Shown: piece after piece, positions 24,654-37,982 of the stretch
How positions within the stretch are numbered: the first letter of the stretch is position 1
Layout of the letters: each line of letters begins with the position of its first letter
DNA from: Lama glama
Lineage: Eukaryota
Assembly (NCBI GenBank): GCA_028534125.1
Contig: CM052817.1
Coordinates: 14,138,001-14,202,000, forward strand
Length of the DNA stretch: 64,000 nt
Direction: 5' to 3'
Made by a program: the position numbers and the translations under genes
The notes under the pieces: model-generated
Databases searched by the model: none
Told to the model about the DNA's origin: nothing
The model's input: only the letters and a program-made list of their open reading frames with translations

Positions 24654-26217
24654 AGAGGGGAAAATCATCACATGAGGGATTTTATCCATGTGACATCAAA
24701 TATGTATATTAAGAATACATGAAATACCAATAGGAATATGAAGTCATTTATGTAAATGAACAACGAAGGAATGAACAAGGTACTGCTGTGGCCTCTTAGC
24801 ATTACTGGCCAAGATAAATATGTAGTCCCTAATATCACTCTCCATATCTTTACCTGGTTTAAGCTTTTTTTTTATTTTCCGTATCAGGAGGTGCTCTAAC
24901 TCTTCCTTCTGCAATCCCAAGAACAGCCATGTAGACGCATCACATATTTTTTTTGGGAAATAACATTCCTCAATGTCACTGGGCTTTGGGTGGACCGCTT
25001 CATGCCTCGGCATATTGTTAGGGAGATGGAAGAACAAGAATTGAAGAATCTAATGCCTCCAAGCATTACATGCAACATAAAGATCAGGACCACTGTTTGC
25101 TTTCTTAGAAAAAGAAACTTGGAGAAACTGCATGTTTTGCCTTTGCTCAGTGCTTTAACCTTTGCTTAGTCATTAGAGAGCCTTTGGAACTGTCATTCAC
25201 TGAGGAGAGCGGTGATATTATTACTTTTTAAAAAATAATTCTTCCAAATGTATGATACAGGCCTGCCAACTCAAAGTTAGAAGTAAACATTCTACTTGCC
25301 TTCTATTTATTTGGTGAGAGAAAAAAAATATTTTTTTTTAAACTAACACTTTTCTCTGTTTTGTTTTGTTTTAGGCTGAAATTGGTTGTCAGGATTGAGC
25401 CTGGTTGAAATATTATGTGCACTAAATGAATGGAACTGCGTTGTATTCCATAATATGCCCTAAAAGTGAAAACACAACAAACAGTTTTTGTGCAGAAAAC
25501 TAGCATATTGACGATGCACAGATTTGGACTGAACTCTGGTGTCACTGAATCATAAAATTTCAAAGCTGGAGGCTGACTTTTTGGATTGTCTGTGGTGAAC
25601 ACTTAATTTAACTAAAGAGATAAAAAGTATCTGATGGAAACAATTAAGCCATATCGGCATATTTTAAACAGACATCTAGTACGCTATGGCTGTTTAATGA
25701 AAAGCTGAGTATTATGTTTGACAGATCAATTATTCATTGTATAGACGGGGCAGAAAGGGACGTGCAACATCAAAGCTGATTAACTCAGCAAAGCATTCAG
25801 TATTACCATCACTTTTTATCAAAGCCAACGGCTCCAAGCCCCGCAGCTTGATAGAGGAAAGAGTAATCACAATACAAATCATAATAAATGGTAAGTGCAG
25901 ATCAGAATGAGCGCCATGTAAAGGATATTATGAAAAACAGAAGCAGTGTGTCTTGCTTTGGCAGTATCACGAAAGCCTCCTAGTAGAGGCAATATTGTTC
26001 TCAGTTTTTAAAAAATGGCAAGCAAAGAACACTTAAGTTATCTGTTCAAGGATCTTAGGGGGAATAAGGCTCATTTTAATGTTCCCAGACCTTGTTTTCA
26101 TCAGTTACATGTTGAGTGCCTAGGGGCTCAGGGACTACTCCACCAGGCTGTAAAATGAGGACTAATTAAGATTTCTTTCTCAATCGAGTATATCCTATAT
26201 CCGTATAGGTAGACGGG

Positions 26218-26702
26218 TGCAGTCAGGGCGTCCAGTGCGTCAGCCCCCCAATACCCACAGGCGTCTGCCGTCTTGGATAGGGCTGAGGGATGCTAACCAA
26301 CAGTATGTTGTAGACATGAGTGTGCGCTTCAGAGGCAAGGCCATGCGAGACTTTGCAGCTTCAGCCTTGCTTTTCATCTTGGATCATCCTCTGTGGGTGG
26401 AGCCAGTAACCATGCATGAGGACCTTCAAGCAGCTCTGTGGAGAGAGTCACACAGGAGAGGAACTGAGGCCCCCTGCCAAGAACCAGCGCCACTCACTTA
26501 CCATATGAATGAGCTACATTGATGGAGGATGGTCCAGACTCTGTCAAACCTTGAAATGGTCATAACCTGAGGAATTCCTGGCCAGAAAACAGCTAAGCTC
26601 CTGCATTCCTCAACCACAGAAGCTATGAGATAATAAATGCTTATGCTGCTTTGAGACCCTAAATTTTGAGGTAATTTGCTACGTAGTAATAGATAACTAA
26701 TA
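26218..26702 (+). mobile_element. MLT1F-like MaLR solo LTR
   Basis: gaggaactgaggccccctgccaa...cacagaagctatgagataataaatg...ctaaattttgaggtaatttgctacgtagtaatagataactaata. Confidence 0.85.
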
Positions 26703-27594
26703 AGCTAATATACTCTAACTCTGAAATAATCTCTTGAAATCCCTTAGTGTTGCCCAAGTACTACCATTAAATATGACCTAGGTGTTTTCATAAAGGTACA
26801 TGGTGAGGAACATTCAAGGACATATTTACATCTGTCTCTGGAGGAACGTTCTATGAAAACCAATTCATCCATTTGTCAGTGGATCCAGCTAGGGCCCCAG
26901 TGACACTTTCATTTCTCCTGCTGTTCAGAGAAAATTAATTCAGCCTTGAGCTGAATAGAATAAACACAAATTAAAAAGATTATTAGAGTGTGACTTGGTA
27001 TCCATGCAGACAGCACTCTCCTTGACATGAGGGATGCAACTGTTGAGGCATATGATACACAACCTGCCAGGGTATAAAACCACACCGGCAGAACGTGTTC
27101 TGGTCAGACAAGCTCACCGGCTTATAAGCAACTCTCCCTACTGTTGACAGAAAATGGATGTACTCCCACCTTCTTTAGTGACTGTTTTTACCCTCCCAGC
27201 TACAGACATAAAGGGGGGAAAACACTTAACTGTGTGAAATCTAAATCCATCATACATACAGATATGTATTACTAAAACTCATCAAAAAAGCTCACATGTT
27301 AGAGTCATTCCTAGGATGGATAGCTACGGGCATACTGTGGGTAAGGAGTCTAAATCACTGAGAAGCAAACGCCCTGGAGCCAACTGGTCTTAAAGAGACA
27401 AAACTATTGATTTTAATATACGTTTGGCAGACTGAAAAACCAGCCTACATCTCTCTGAAGTGGAGCACACCTGTATTGTTCATAGAAATAGAGAGAATTA
27501 GGCTGTCTTCTTCTGAGTGTGGCCACCTCCATGGAGCAGGCTTCCCTTGTTATCAACTAGTTAGTTTACATCTAGGAACTTAAGAGTAACATAG

Positions 27595-27735
27595 GTAGAA
27601 AGAAGGAATGAAAAAAGGAAGGAGAAAAAGATGGAGGGAGGAAAAATATTTGAAAATTGAAATTATGGAAAAGGAAAAGGAAGGAAAAAGGAAAAAGAAA
27701 AAAAAAGAACGGCCAGAGTAAGATAAAGTAAAAGT
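27595..27735. repeat. GA-rich low-complexity tract
   Basis: Directly visible. Confidence 0.7.
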
Positions 27736-27756
27736 AATGACATGAAAAATAGCCAT

Positions 27757-30437
27757 CTTAGAAACAGAGGGAATACTTCCTAACTCATTCCATGAGGCCA
27801 ACATTACCCTAATGATCAAAACCAGACAAATGTATTACAAGAAAAGCAAACTACAGACCAATCTCTCTCATGAACATTGGTGCAAAATCCTCAACAAAAT
27901 GTCAGCAAATCAAATCAGTTTATAAAAAGAATTATACACCAAGCCCAAGTGGGATTTATCTGAGGCATGCAAGGCTGCTTCAAAACTTAAACATCAATTA
28001 ATACAATCCATCACATCAACACCCTAAAAAGAAACCCCCAGGAACACATCAATGAATGCAGAAACAGCATATGACAAAATCCAATACCCAGGACAATATT
28101 CTCAGCAACCAGGGATAGACAGAGACTTTCTCAAATTGACAAAGATTATCTACAAAAAACCTATAGCTCACATCATACTTCATGGTGAGAAACTTGAAAT
28201 TTTCCTTTTAAGATTATGTACAGGAAAAGAATGTCCCCTCGCACCAGTTCTTTCAACATCATACTGAAAATTGTAGCTAGTGCAATCAAATGATAAAAAG
28301 AAATAAAAGGTATACAGATTGCAAATGAAGAGGTAAGTCTTTCTTTGTTCACAGTTGGCATAATCATGTATATAGAAAATCCTAATAAATTAAAAACAAA
28401 CAAACAAAAATTACTGGAATTAATAAACAATTATAGAAAGCTTTCAGGATACAAGACTGATATACAAAAGTCTATCACTTTTCTATACACCACCAGTGAA
28501 TAAGTAGAATTTGAAATTAAAAGCACAATACTGTCTACATTCAGCACCCCGACCAAAGAAATACTTAGTATAACTCCAACAAAATGTGTACAAGATCTAT
28601 ATGAAGAAAACTACAAAATTCTGAGGATTGAAATCAAAGAAGAATGAAATAAATGAAGACTTATCCAATGTGAACAAGAAGACTCAATATTATCAAGATT
28701 TCAGTTCTTCCCTATTTAATCTATAGGCTTCAATGCAATCACAATAGAAATCCCAGCAAGTCATTTTCTGTGTATCAACAAATTGATTCTAAAGCTTATA
28801 TGAAGGTGTGAAAGACTCCAAACAACCAATGCAACATTGAAGGAGAAGAACAAAGTTGGAGGAGTGACACTATCAATGTGAAGACTTAATGTACAGCTAC
28901 AGTCATCGAGACACTGTTGTATTAGTCAACAGACAGACAAATAGATCATTGGAACAGAGTAGAGAGCCCAGAAATAGACCCACATAAATAAAGCCAATTG
29001 ATCTTTGACAAAGGAGCTAAATCAATACAATGGAGCAGCAGTCTTTTCAACAAATGGTGCTGGAACAACTTAGACAACCACATTAAAAAAATGAATCTAG
29101 AAACAGACCTTATACTCTTCACTCAAAAGGGATAAAAAAAAAAAAAACCCTAAATGTAGAATGGCAAACTACAAAGCTCCTAGAAGATAACACAGGACAA
29201 AACCTAGATGACTCTTGGTATGGTGATGACTTTTTAGTACAACACCGAAAGCAAGATTCATGAAAAAAATAGTTGACAAGCTAGAATTCATTCAACTAGA
29301 AACTTAGCTCTTTGAAAGACAATGTCAAGAGAATTAAAAGACAAACCACACAGTAAGAGGACATTTGCCAAAGACACATCTGATAAAGAACTGTTCAAAA
29401 CGTACAAAAATTCTTAAAACTCAACAATGAGAAAGCAACCTGATTAAAAAACAGGCCAAAGCCCCTAAACACACATCTCATCAAAGAAGATCTATAACTG
29501 GCAAATAAGCATTTGAAAATATTCTACACATTACATGTCATCAGGGAAAGGTAAGTTTAAACAATGAGATATCACACACACAAATTAAAAAGGCCAAAAT
29601 CTGGAACACGGATAACCCTCAGTCCTAGCAGAAACTCCCATTCATTGCGAGCAAGTCTGTAAAATGTCACAGCCAGCGTGGAAGGCAGTTTGGTGGTTTC
29701 TTATAAAATGAGAAAAACGTTTCTTCCAATACATTTTCTTGTCATAGATCCAGCAATTATGTTAAAAACACAAGTCCACACAAAAACTTGAATGCATATT
29801 CTTATAACTTTACTCATAATCGCCAAAGCTTGGAAGCAACCAGGATGCACTTCAGTAGGTGACAGGATAAGCAAACTGTGATACATTCAGACGATGGGCT
29901 GTCATTCAGTGCTGAAAAGAAACGGGCTACCGTCAAATCATGAAGACATGGAGGAACCTTAAATGCATACGACTAAGTGAAAGAAGCCAATCTGAAAAGA
30001 CTACAAAGTGTATGATTCCAACTACACGACATTCTGGGAAAGGCAAACGATGATGACAGTAAATAAAAACAGAGGTTTCTAGGGTTGCAGATAGGGAGTA
30101 GGTGGCGGAATGAATACATAAAGCACAGAGGATTTTTAGGGCAGTGAAAATATACCATATGATACCATAATGATGGGTTTATGTTATTACACATTTGCCT
30201 AAACCTACAGAACATACAACATAATGTAAACTGTGGGCTTCGGGTGATCATGATACGTCAGTGTATGTTCATCACTTATAACAAGTGTACCGCTCTGGTG
30301 AGGGATGTTGAAAATGGAGGAGGGAGGCTATGCCTGAGTGGATGCAGGACATATATGGGAATTCTCTGTACCTTCATCTCAATTTTTCTGTAAACCTAAA
30401 ATTACTCTAAAAACATAAAGTCTTATTTAAAAAAACA
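27757..30437 (+). mobile_element. L1MC (L1MC1-like) 5'-truncated LINE, about 2.7 kb, with degenerate ORF2 and 3' UTR
   Basis: ORF 28052-28267 (NAETAYDKIQYP...IYKKPIAHIILHGEKL) matches the L1 ORF2 RT region. ORF2-like sequence continues with stops and frameshifts, followed by an L1MC 3' UTR and A tail. Confidence 0.95.
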
Positions 30438-30559
30438 GACACCATATGAAAGTAACAAATCTAGATACTAAACGTTGAAACAGACTATATTTTAAACACA
30501 AAAAGGAACTGAGGAGTAAGAATTGGCAAACGAAGTAGATAAAGTACATCTCCAAAAGG

Positions 30560-30875
30560 GAAGGTGTCCCTGGCTCCGACCCCTCGATCTGCCTGCACAT
30601 TTTAGATGACAACAATGCCATTCTTCTAGAGGACAGAAATCTAGGCGTTATCTTTAACCCCCTTCTTTTGTTCCTACCCCATATCCCATGTGCCAGGAAA
30701 TCATGTTGGCTCTCTCTATAATCCAACCACTATTGACCCCTCCAATGCCATCACCCTGGTCTAAGCATGGTCTTTTGTCTGAACTGCTGAAATAGCCTAG
30801 GAATTGGCTTTCTGGCTCCTGCCCGTACCCTTTACAGTCAATTGTGAACACAGGCACAAATGTGATTCTTTTAAA
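30560..30875 (+). mobile_element. L2 fragment (5' part of an interrupted copy)
   Basis: aaatctaggcgttatctttaac...aaatcatgttggctct...atcaccctggtctaagc...tgtgattcttttaaaa. Confidence 0.75.
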
Positions 30876-31060
30876 AATAGACAAACAACCAGTTTCTTCT
30901 GTATAGCACAGGGAACTATATTCAATATCTTGTAGTAACCCATAATGAAAAAGAATATGAAAACAAATATGTGTATATATATGTATGACTGAAACATTAT
31001 GCTGTACACCAGAAAGTGACACATTGCAACTGACTATACTTCAATAAAAAAGTTTAAAAA
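30874..31060 (+). mobile_element. Young L1 3' UTR end
   Basis: Highly similar to 5639-5829; ends cttcaataaaaaagtttaaaaaa. Confidence 0.92.
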
Positions 31061-31064
31061 ACTC

Positions 31065-31692
31065 CACATTTTTCCTTTCTTAGCTCTTTAAATGTATCCA
31101 GTAATTTTAATGCCATTTGTTGAAAATGCAGTTTTCCACATTTGAATTGATTTCATATCTTTGTAAAGAGAAATCAACAGTATTTGTGTAAGTCTATTTC
31201 AGAACTCTGTGCCACTGAATAATTAACTGTACTTTTTTCAGTACCATAATATTTTCATATACCTTTATATTAAGTCCTAAAATGAGATAGTGAAAGTCTT
31301 CCAAATTTAATTCTCTTTTTAATCAGTTTTTCAATTTCTATAAAAATGCCAGGTGACATTTTTGTTCAGATACATGTGTTGAATTTATAAATGAGAGATA
31401 ATGGACAGCTTTCAACCCATGATATATCTCTATTTATTTTGGTCTCATTTAATTTCTTTCTGCAATATTATATAAGTATTAAACATGGGAATCTTGAATC
31501 TTGAAATGTATTTTTAGACTATGTTTTGTTGTTATTGCAATATATTTTAGACTTAATTTTTCATATATTTCTGGTTTGTAAAGAGAAATAAAATAGATTT
31601 TTCTGTAGTAACTTTGAACATGCCTTAGGATTTTTTATGCAGACAATCATTCTACTTGTAACTAAAGAAAGCTTTCTTATTTCCTTGCCGAT
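31065..31692 (-). mobile_element. Old L1M ORF2 fragment (antisense, degraded)
   Basis: ccatttgttgaaaa, tatttgtgtaagtctatttcagaactct, aagtcttccaaattt and taggattttttatgcagacaatcatt are reverse L1 ORF2 landmarks. Confidence 0.7.
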
Positions 31693-31701
31693 TAAAAAAA
31701 A

Positions 31702-32170
31702 CCAAAGTTGGTCAAGACATGTCATGTCCTTGCTTTTTTAACCTTCAGTGGCTCCTCATTTCATTTAACAATAAAACCACGCAAGGCCCTGGAAGAGTGG
31801 TTCCTCTATTACTGCCCTAAACTCGGCTCCTTTTATTCTCCCTCTGGCTCACTATGGCCATCGTGACTTCTGGCTGTTCTTCCAACAGACTGGGCAGGTT
31901 CCAGCCCTAAGGCTTTAGCACCTGGGGCTTTCTGCTCCTGGGAATGTTTTTCCCCAGTATTTTACACTTTCACCATCTTCAAATTTTGCTCAAATGTTAC
32001 TTTTATCTGGGCACACTTTCCACTGTACTCATTACCATTGAACATACTGTCCAATTTACTTGTTTTCCTTCCCTCTTGAGAATATAAACCTTATCAAGGC
32101 AGAAATCTCAGTCTGTATGGTTTACTGACGTACGTCAAATGTCTACAGTCGTTCCTGGATACATTGTCCC
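31702..32170 (+). mobile_element. L2 fragment (3' part of the interrupted copy; tail resumes after 32643)
   Basis: accttcagtggctcctcatttca...ctccctctggctcact...gctcaaatgttac...gaatataaaccttatcaaggcaga. Confidence 0.75.
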
Positions 32171-32174
32171 TGCC

Positions 32175-32643
32175 TGTATCAGTTTCCTCAGGCTGAACTA
32201 ACAAATTAGGGCAAAACGGTGGCTTAAAAGAACAGAAATGTATTTTCTGGAGGCTAGAGGTCTGAGATCAAGGTGTTAGCAGGGCCGTGCTCCCTCTGAA
32301 ACCTGTAGGGGAGAATCCTTCCTGGCCTCTTCCTAGATTCTGGTGGGTTTCTGACAACCCGTGCTGTTCCGTGCTTTGCGGCCCTTCAGTCTCCATCTCC
32401 ATCATCACGTGATGTTCTTCCTGTGCGTCTCTGTCTGTGTCTCTTCTCTTCTTATAAGGACACCAGTCACATTGGATTAAGGGCCCAACCTACTTCAAAA
32501 TGATCTCATCTTAACACCTTAGTTACATCGAATTAGTTAGCCTAAGTAATTAATGACCCTGTTTCAAATAAGATCACATTCTGAGGTCCTGGCAGTCAGG
32601 ACTTCAACATATCTTTTTGGGGGATAAAATTCATCCCCTAACA
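32175..32643 (-). mobile_element. MLT1C-like MaLR solo LTR
   Basis: tgtatcagtttcct...gtggcttaaaagaacagaaatgtatt...ttcttataaggacaccagtcacattggattaagggccc...aattcatcccctaaca. Confidence 0.9.
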
Positions 32644-33713
32644 GCGTCCTGATATATTTTTAAATAAATCAACTGAAGTATGAAAGTGACACAGGCTCTT
32701 AGAAATATTCTTGGGCTGAGGATGATGTGGGATGCCTGTAACTATGGTCTATGTTATCTCTGCATGAACAGACCCATTAGAAAGGCAAATGAAGCTGCAT
32801 TCATAGTTACTTTCGAGTTTATACGTTTATATCATGTACCTTTTTTATGATAAACATAAAAAAAGTGCATTATTTCTTTTTTAAATATGGCTTCACATTA
32901 CAAAATAGGAATAGTTATTCTTTAATATAATCTTCAACTATAATACTGAATATGTTCTTAAATACACATCACTCTGTATTCCCTCTGCTATGAAAATCGC
33001 AATGAAATGAGCCTTAGTTTCAGAAAATAAGATGGCAACAAAAGTGAGCTTAAACTCTATGTCAGTGAGGGAAAAATCAACATGCTATTATAAATATGAC
33101 AATTATTGCTGCATTTTTCCTTGGTAGAAATATACTTTCCTTTAATTTCCCTAGAGGGCTATAGCCTTATTTCTAAATCACATGCCACCATAATATCTTT
33201 TTGGAATCTTAAATAATAAACTATCATTGTATCATAAATAAGCAAATTGTAGAATAATTATTCTTCTCCAAAGCTCACTGTGATTTTCCGGGTTTTCACT
33301 GTAATGTCTCTTATTCCTCTTTAATTGAGTATTTGTATTTATGACAGGTTTTCCATTGAAAAAAAAAAAACCAAACTTCTGTGATGTTAGGATTAGGTAA
33401 TATTTTATTCCACCCTCCTTTGTCTGAATAAACTTGTTCAGAAACTGATATCCTCTTCTTCCTAGGTGGGCGCTATTCCAAACTCCTCCAGGCAAGAAGA
33501 GGAGCCCCCACATTGACTTCTGATCATGTGTTTCAAACTTTTTGACATTAGCAAAGTCTTACTAATCCAAACCCAAAAGGTCATCTGGCCCTTCAGGCCT
33601 CTGTGAGCTTGGATTACCCGATGATCAGTAAGAAGATATATATATATTTTTTAAACAATGAAACTTTTATAGAAGTTAAAACACAGAAGGGACTTCAGAA
33701 GAGACAACTTGTC

Positions 33714-34108
33714 CAGAATTTTCCAAATCATGATGGACTGGGTGCCACTGAGGGTACACTGGATGCTTCCAGGGAGTAATGTACTCTGTTAAAAGTTTAT
33801 TTTAATAGGAATAAATCTGTCTTATATGTGTGTTAATTCAGTTCGTGGAGGTAAGCAAAAGACTCAAAAAGTCACTACTCCTAGTCTGGGTGGGTAGTTT
33901 CACAAAATTCCATACAGATGTGTCAAGAAGAAATAGCAATTCCAGCCTATGATTTCACAGATACTGTTGTTTAAGAGAATGTACGTTTAAAAAAAAAAGG
34001 TTGATTGATTTCATGTCTGTTCAAAGGAAACAACTAGTATAAAAGCAGTCCTTAGATCTATCCAGGATATGAAGATGGTACAAAAACGACTGACGTTTAG
34101 GAAACATT
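33714..34108. mobile_element. Possible hAT-Charlie non-autonomous element
   Basis: Degenerate Charlie-type termini cagaatttttccaaa...tttaggaaacattg next to atctag. Confidence 0.45.
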
Positions 34109-34711
34109 GATCTAGCAGGTAAGCAGACCAGAGAGCAGAGTTGGGACCAAGCCCTCAGGCCTCCGCTCTCCATCACTAACTCTCCTATTCCCCTTCCACC
34201 TAGTCCAGGACTAGATCCACTGCACCAGGCATCCTACGTTTAATGCTTGGATATTCATTTCTTGAGTCAGAAATTAAAAAAGGTAATATTGATGCACTCT
34301 ACATTTTAAAAACAAGGAGAAAAAAATCGCAAGTTAGCATCCAATTAAATATGTCAATGTGAAAGTAGTTTTTCAAAAAATTAGTGCTTGATTAAGCAAA
34401 TATTAAACATGGCAGTACCATTGATTTAGAGTAAGCAGAGTAGGAAAAACAATAATCAGTATTTATTATTTACATATGCTTTGATCGGAGCCAAGTTGTT
34501 AACCTGTATTGCACACTTCACAAGACACGTGACCAGACAGTCCAATTTCTAACGGCAGCTCTGCTGATTACTTCTGTCTGGATTTGCTCAGATCGTGAAC
34601 ACCCAGAGAAGGAAAGTAACCACCCCAGGTGACTTATGCCTGAAATAAACCAAATAAGGCCTGGGTCCCAAGGCCTCTTTCTGTTGATTATTTTAATCAA
34701 ATACATAGATT

Positions 34712-34960
34712 CATATCATTCAATATCTATTCAAGAATTAAGCCTGGACTCAGGAACCAGGACTTCACCCGGTACAGAGGATACTAAAATGAGTAAGTCA
34801 CAGCCACTGTCTCAAGCGTTTCACAGTCTGGTGGAGGATGCAGCCTGCAATACATCAAAGATATCATGAAATAATAAGTGCTATAATAGACAGACATATT
34901 CAGCACTTTAGGAGTTCAGAACAACTGATTTGGTCTTGAAGAGGCTGTGTAGAATCAGGA
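34712..34960 (-). mobile_element. L2 fragment
   Basis: cattcaatatctatt...gaggatactaaaatgagtaagtcacagcc...tcacagtctggtggagg...ataagtgctataataga. Confidence 0.7.
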
Positions 34961-34989
34961 GGCAGCACCCGAAAAAGATGACAACTTTG

Positions 34990-35190
34990 GGGCCAGAAGG
35001 TGAGAGTTCAAATCAGGAGGTGTGTCACTTTGGGCCCTTTATCATGAATTATAAAATTTATTTACAGCACATTTATAAAATTACAGTTCTGTGAGATTCA
35101 TTCTTGTCATCTGTAAAATGGGTATGACAGCACCTACTTCCTGAGACTACGGCAGGAATGAAATGTAGTGATATAAAGAGTGTAGTGCTT
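34990..35190 (+). mobile_element. MIR SINE (degenerate)
   Basis: tcatctgtaaaatgggtatgacagcacctacttc. Confidence 0.6.
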
Positions 35191-37982
35191 GGGTTTTTTT
35201 GAGTAACGAAAGGCAGGCAATATGCATTCTAGGCTGGAGGGGCAGCTTGCTGGGCATATCAATAATCATTTCCAAAGATCAGGGGAAGAAACCAGTAGAA
35301 GGAATCAGAAGTGGGTTTAAAAAATATACTGTGAAGATTAAAAGTGTAAAAATCAGAAGTAAGTAAGAAATCATACATAAAGGACAGGTAAGTGAAAAAT
35401 AAGGTAGGCTGTAGAAAAAAATGCTTTTAGAACCCTTGCCCTTCTTTCTGAAGCTACGCTCAAATGTTGTTATTTGAACAGAAAAAAGCAGTGAAAAATA
35501 GCATTAATGACTAATAGTTACAAAGATCTGCTTGGCTAACTAGCCCTAATCAAGTGTTCCAACCAGTCCCTAGATCTAGTTCCTCTAGTCCCTATATTTA
35601 TTGTCCACTCACTCGGCCAAGGTTTTGGGCTCGGAGTCCTTAATGGCCTGGATATAAAACCTTGACCCCTTGTCTTTCAGGGCCAGCTTATGACCCGTAC
35701 CATCAATGCTCTCCGTAACTCCTCTGATGATCTGCCAACTCTGTCTGGTTGCTGAACACTGTTTCCCTGAGAGCCTAACTCGAGTGGTTTAACTAAGAAA
35801 CTTCTAATTTTCTCTATTTATGCAGATATTCCAGGCTCTAAACAGAAAATCTGACCAAGACTCACAGTATAAAACTGGAAATACAGGGGATGTGAAATGG
35901 GCCCAGGGAAAAGCAGTACATGGGGCGTTTCAGAGCTGTGGCAGACAGCAGTCATGTTCCAAGCAAAGCACTCAGATTCAACTTAAAAAGGCAAAACACC
36001 GTTCCAGACAAACAACAGATGCCCGCAGGCCTGGGAGATCAGACTGCATCTGCTACAGAAACACTTCATGCGGTCCAGACTCTCCAGGTAAGTCTGCAGC
36101 CGCCTCCAACCCCGGAGGGAACTTTTCATTTGAGAATGTGCCATAATTTTGCCATCCTAAAACTATTACTAACAGACTAAAAGGCTTAAGCTGGTTTTCA
36201 CAACAGACAACAAGGCCTAAGCTAGTTTTCCATAAGATCCAATCCTCCAGGGCACAGAGGCCTGAAGCTGGCCCCCTAGGGTCACATCATGCCAAGGAAA
36301 TTGCTGCTTCATTTGCCCAGAGTCACCGTCAATACTCAGGAATGTTCTGAGGCTAATGCAAGTACTTTTCTTCTACTGGGAAACAGGCATAAAAATTAGT
36401 AAGAAAGAAGTAAAAGGATATAAGCCCCCATAAGAACGGCAAAAGGCACACATCTAAGAAGACCCTGAAGGGTTTCTCATCTTAATTACGGGCTGTTGGT
36501 GGCAGCCAGCACCCCAAAGATTTGGAAGCCAGGAAATCATGCCCCTCCACTGTGAGTGTTGCAGCATTTCTTGCTCTGTTTTGCTGTCTTCACGCAGGTC
36601 AAGGAGGTCTTGTATCCATTACTCATATTAAAGATGTGTTCCCTGCCTGGTAGCTTTCTGTCAACTACTATCACCCAGGTAGCAATTTCCAAGCAATTAT
36701 TTGCAGATGTACAAATTGTGTATAATTAAAAACTGCCTGCTATTCATCTCTTAATGACTTGAGCAAAACTGCTCCTCATTTTTATCTTGGGGTAAGAAAA
36801 AAAGCACCTTACATATAAGTTAATTGAGGCCATTATTGATCGATGTATTCAATCAGGTCTTCCATGTGTTTCTCAACATCTTGCCCCCCTTTCCCACAAC
36901 TCCATCTTAAAAAAAGCAAGTTTATTAAATATATGAGTTTTCTTTTCCTAGTAAAATCTGAGTCACTAAAGTATTATTACAAAAAGGGAACATATCCCTT
37001 CTTTTCCAGTTGTTAGTGAGGGAGAGCTATGCCTTTGAGTCACTGTGCAGAGCTTCTTACGAAATAAAAAATGTTTTCATAATGTCTGTTGATTTTTATG
37101 TTTATTATATGACAAGAGCATGACTCCTGCATATAAAGGAATACAGGGTTTATAGTGGGGAAAAAAGAGACATTATTTATGAAAGTACCTAATTCTGCCT
37201 TTTTATAATTTTTAAGATACCAGTAAAAGCCTGGCTAGGAGGCATCAAGTTCAAAAAGCAGCTTGAAAATAATCTGTGTCAAGGAAGGAGTGACCTGAAT
37301 ATCCCTACTGGAGACTTGCTGAGTTAACACCTGAATTGTCAGGACAGGTTGCACTTAGAAAATTCAAATCAATTTCTGAATGTGACTTGTATTTTATATT
37401 CCTGTTGCCCTCATTTAGGAAACTTCCAAATACAATAATTGAAAATATGGAACCCTTCACATTTTTATACAAAAATTAAACATTCAATATGATAGGTTGT
37501 CTATAATAATTCAAATGGATTAAGGAAGCTTTGAGGTTAGCCGAATATAATACTAGCAGTAAATGCTCCATTATGTTGTATGCAGTACTACGGTTCCCAG
37601 CACATTTTCAGCTAGATATTTCTAGTGATCTGTTTGAAATCACAAAATCATAAACATTCTAAATTAGACAGCATGGGTCTTTGTTTTAAAGATTAGGAAA
37701 ACGGATTCAGAAATTGTAAGTGGTTTACAGATGATGAATTACAACATATACCAAGTGAAAAAGTAAGACAGTGAATGGCATCACTCAGTAGGTTAGAAAA
37801 GGTATTAAACTTAAGACATGCTTTATATGAAAGGAGATTATACCTTTGAGGGGAAAAGAAAATGACCTGTTCACCTTTCATATTTGTGATCTATAAAGTT
37901 CAATATTTTACAAATAGTAAATACTCAACAAAGATTAAATGGAATAGCACTTTGAATTTCCACTCTAATATAATTCACTTCC

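Noticed and set aside
28052..28267. ORF with reverse-transcriptase-like motifs
   Set aside because: Fragment of a dead L1MC ORF2, not a host gene or an active element.
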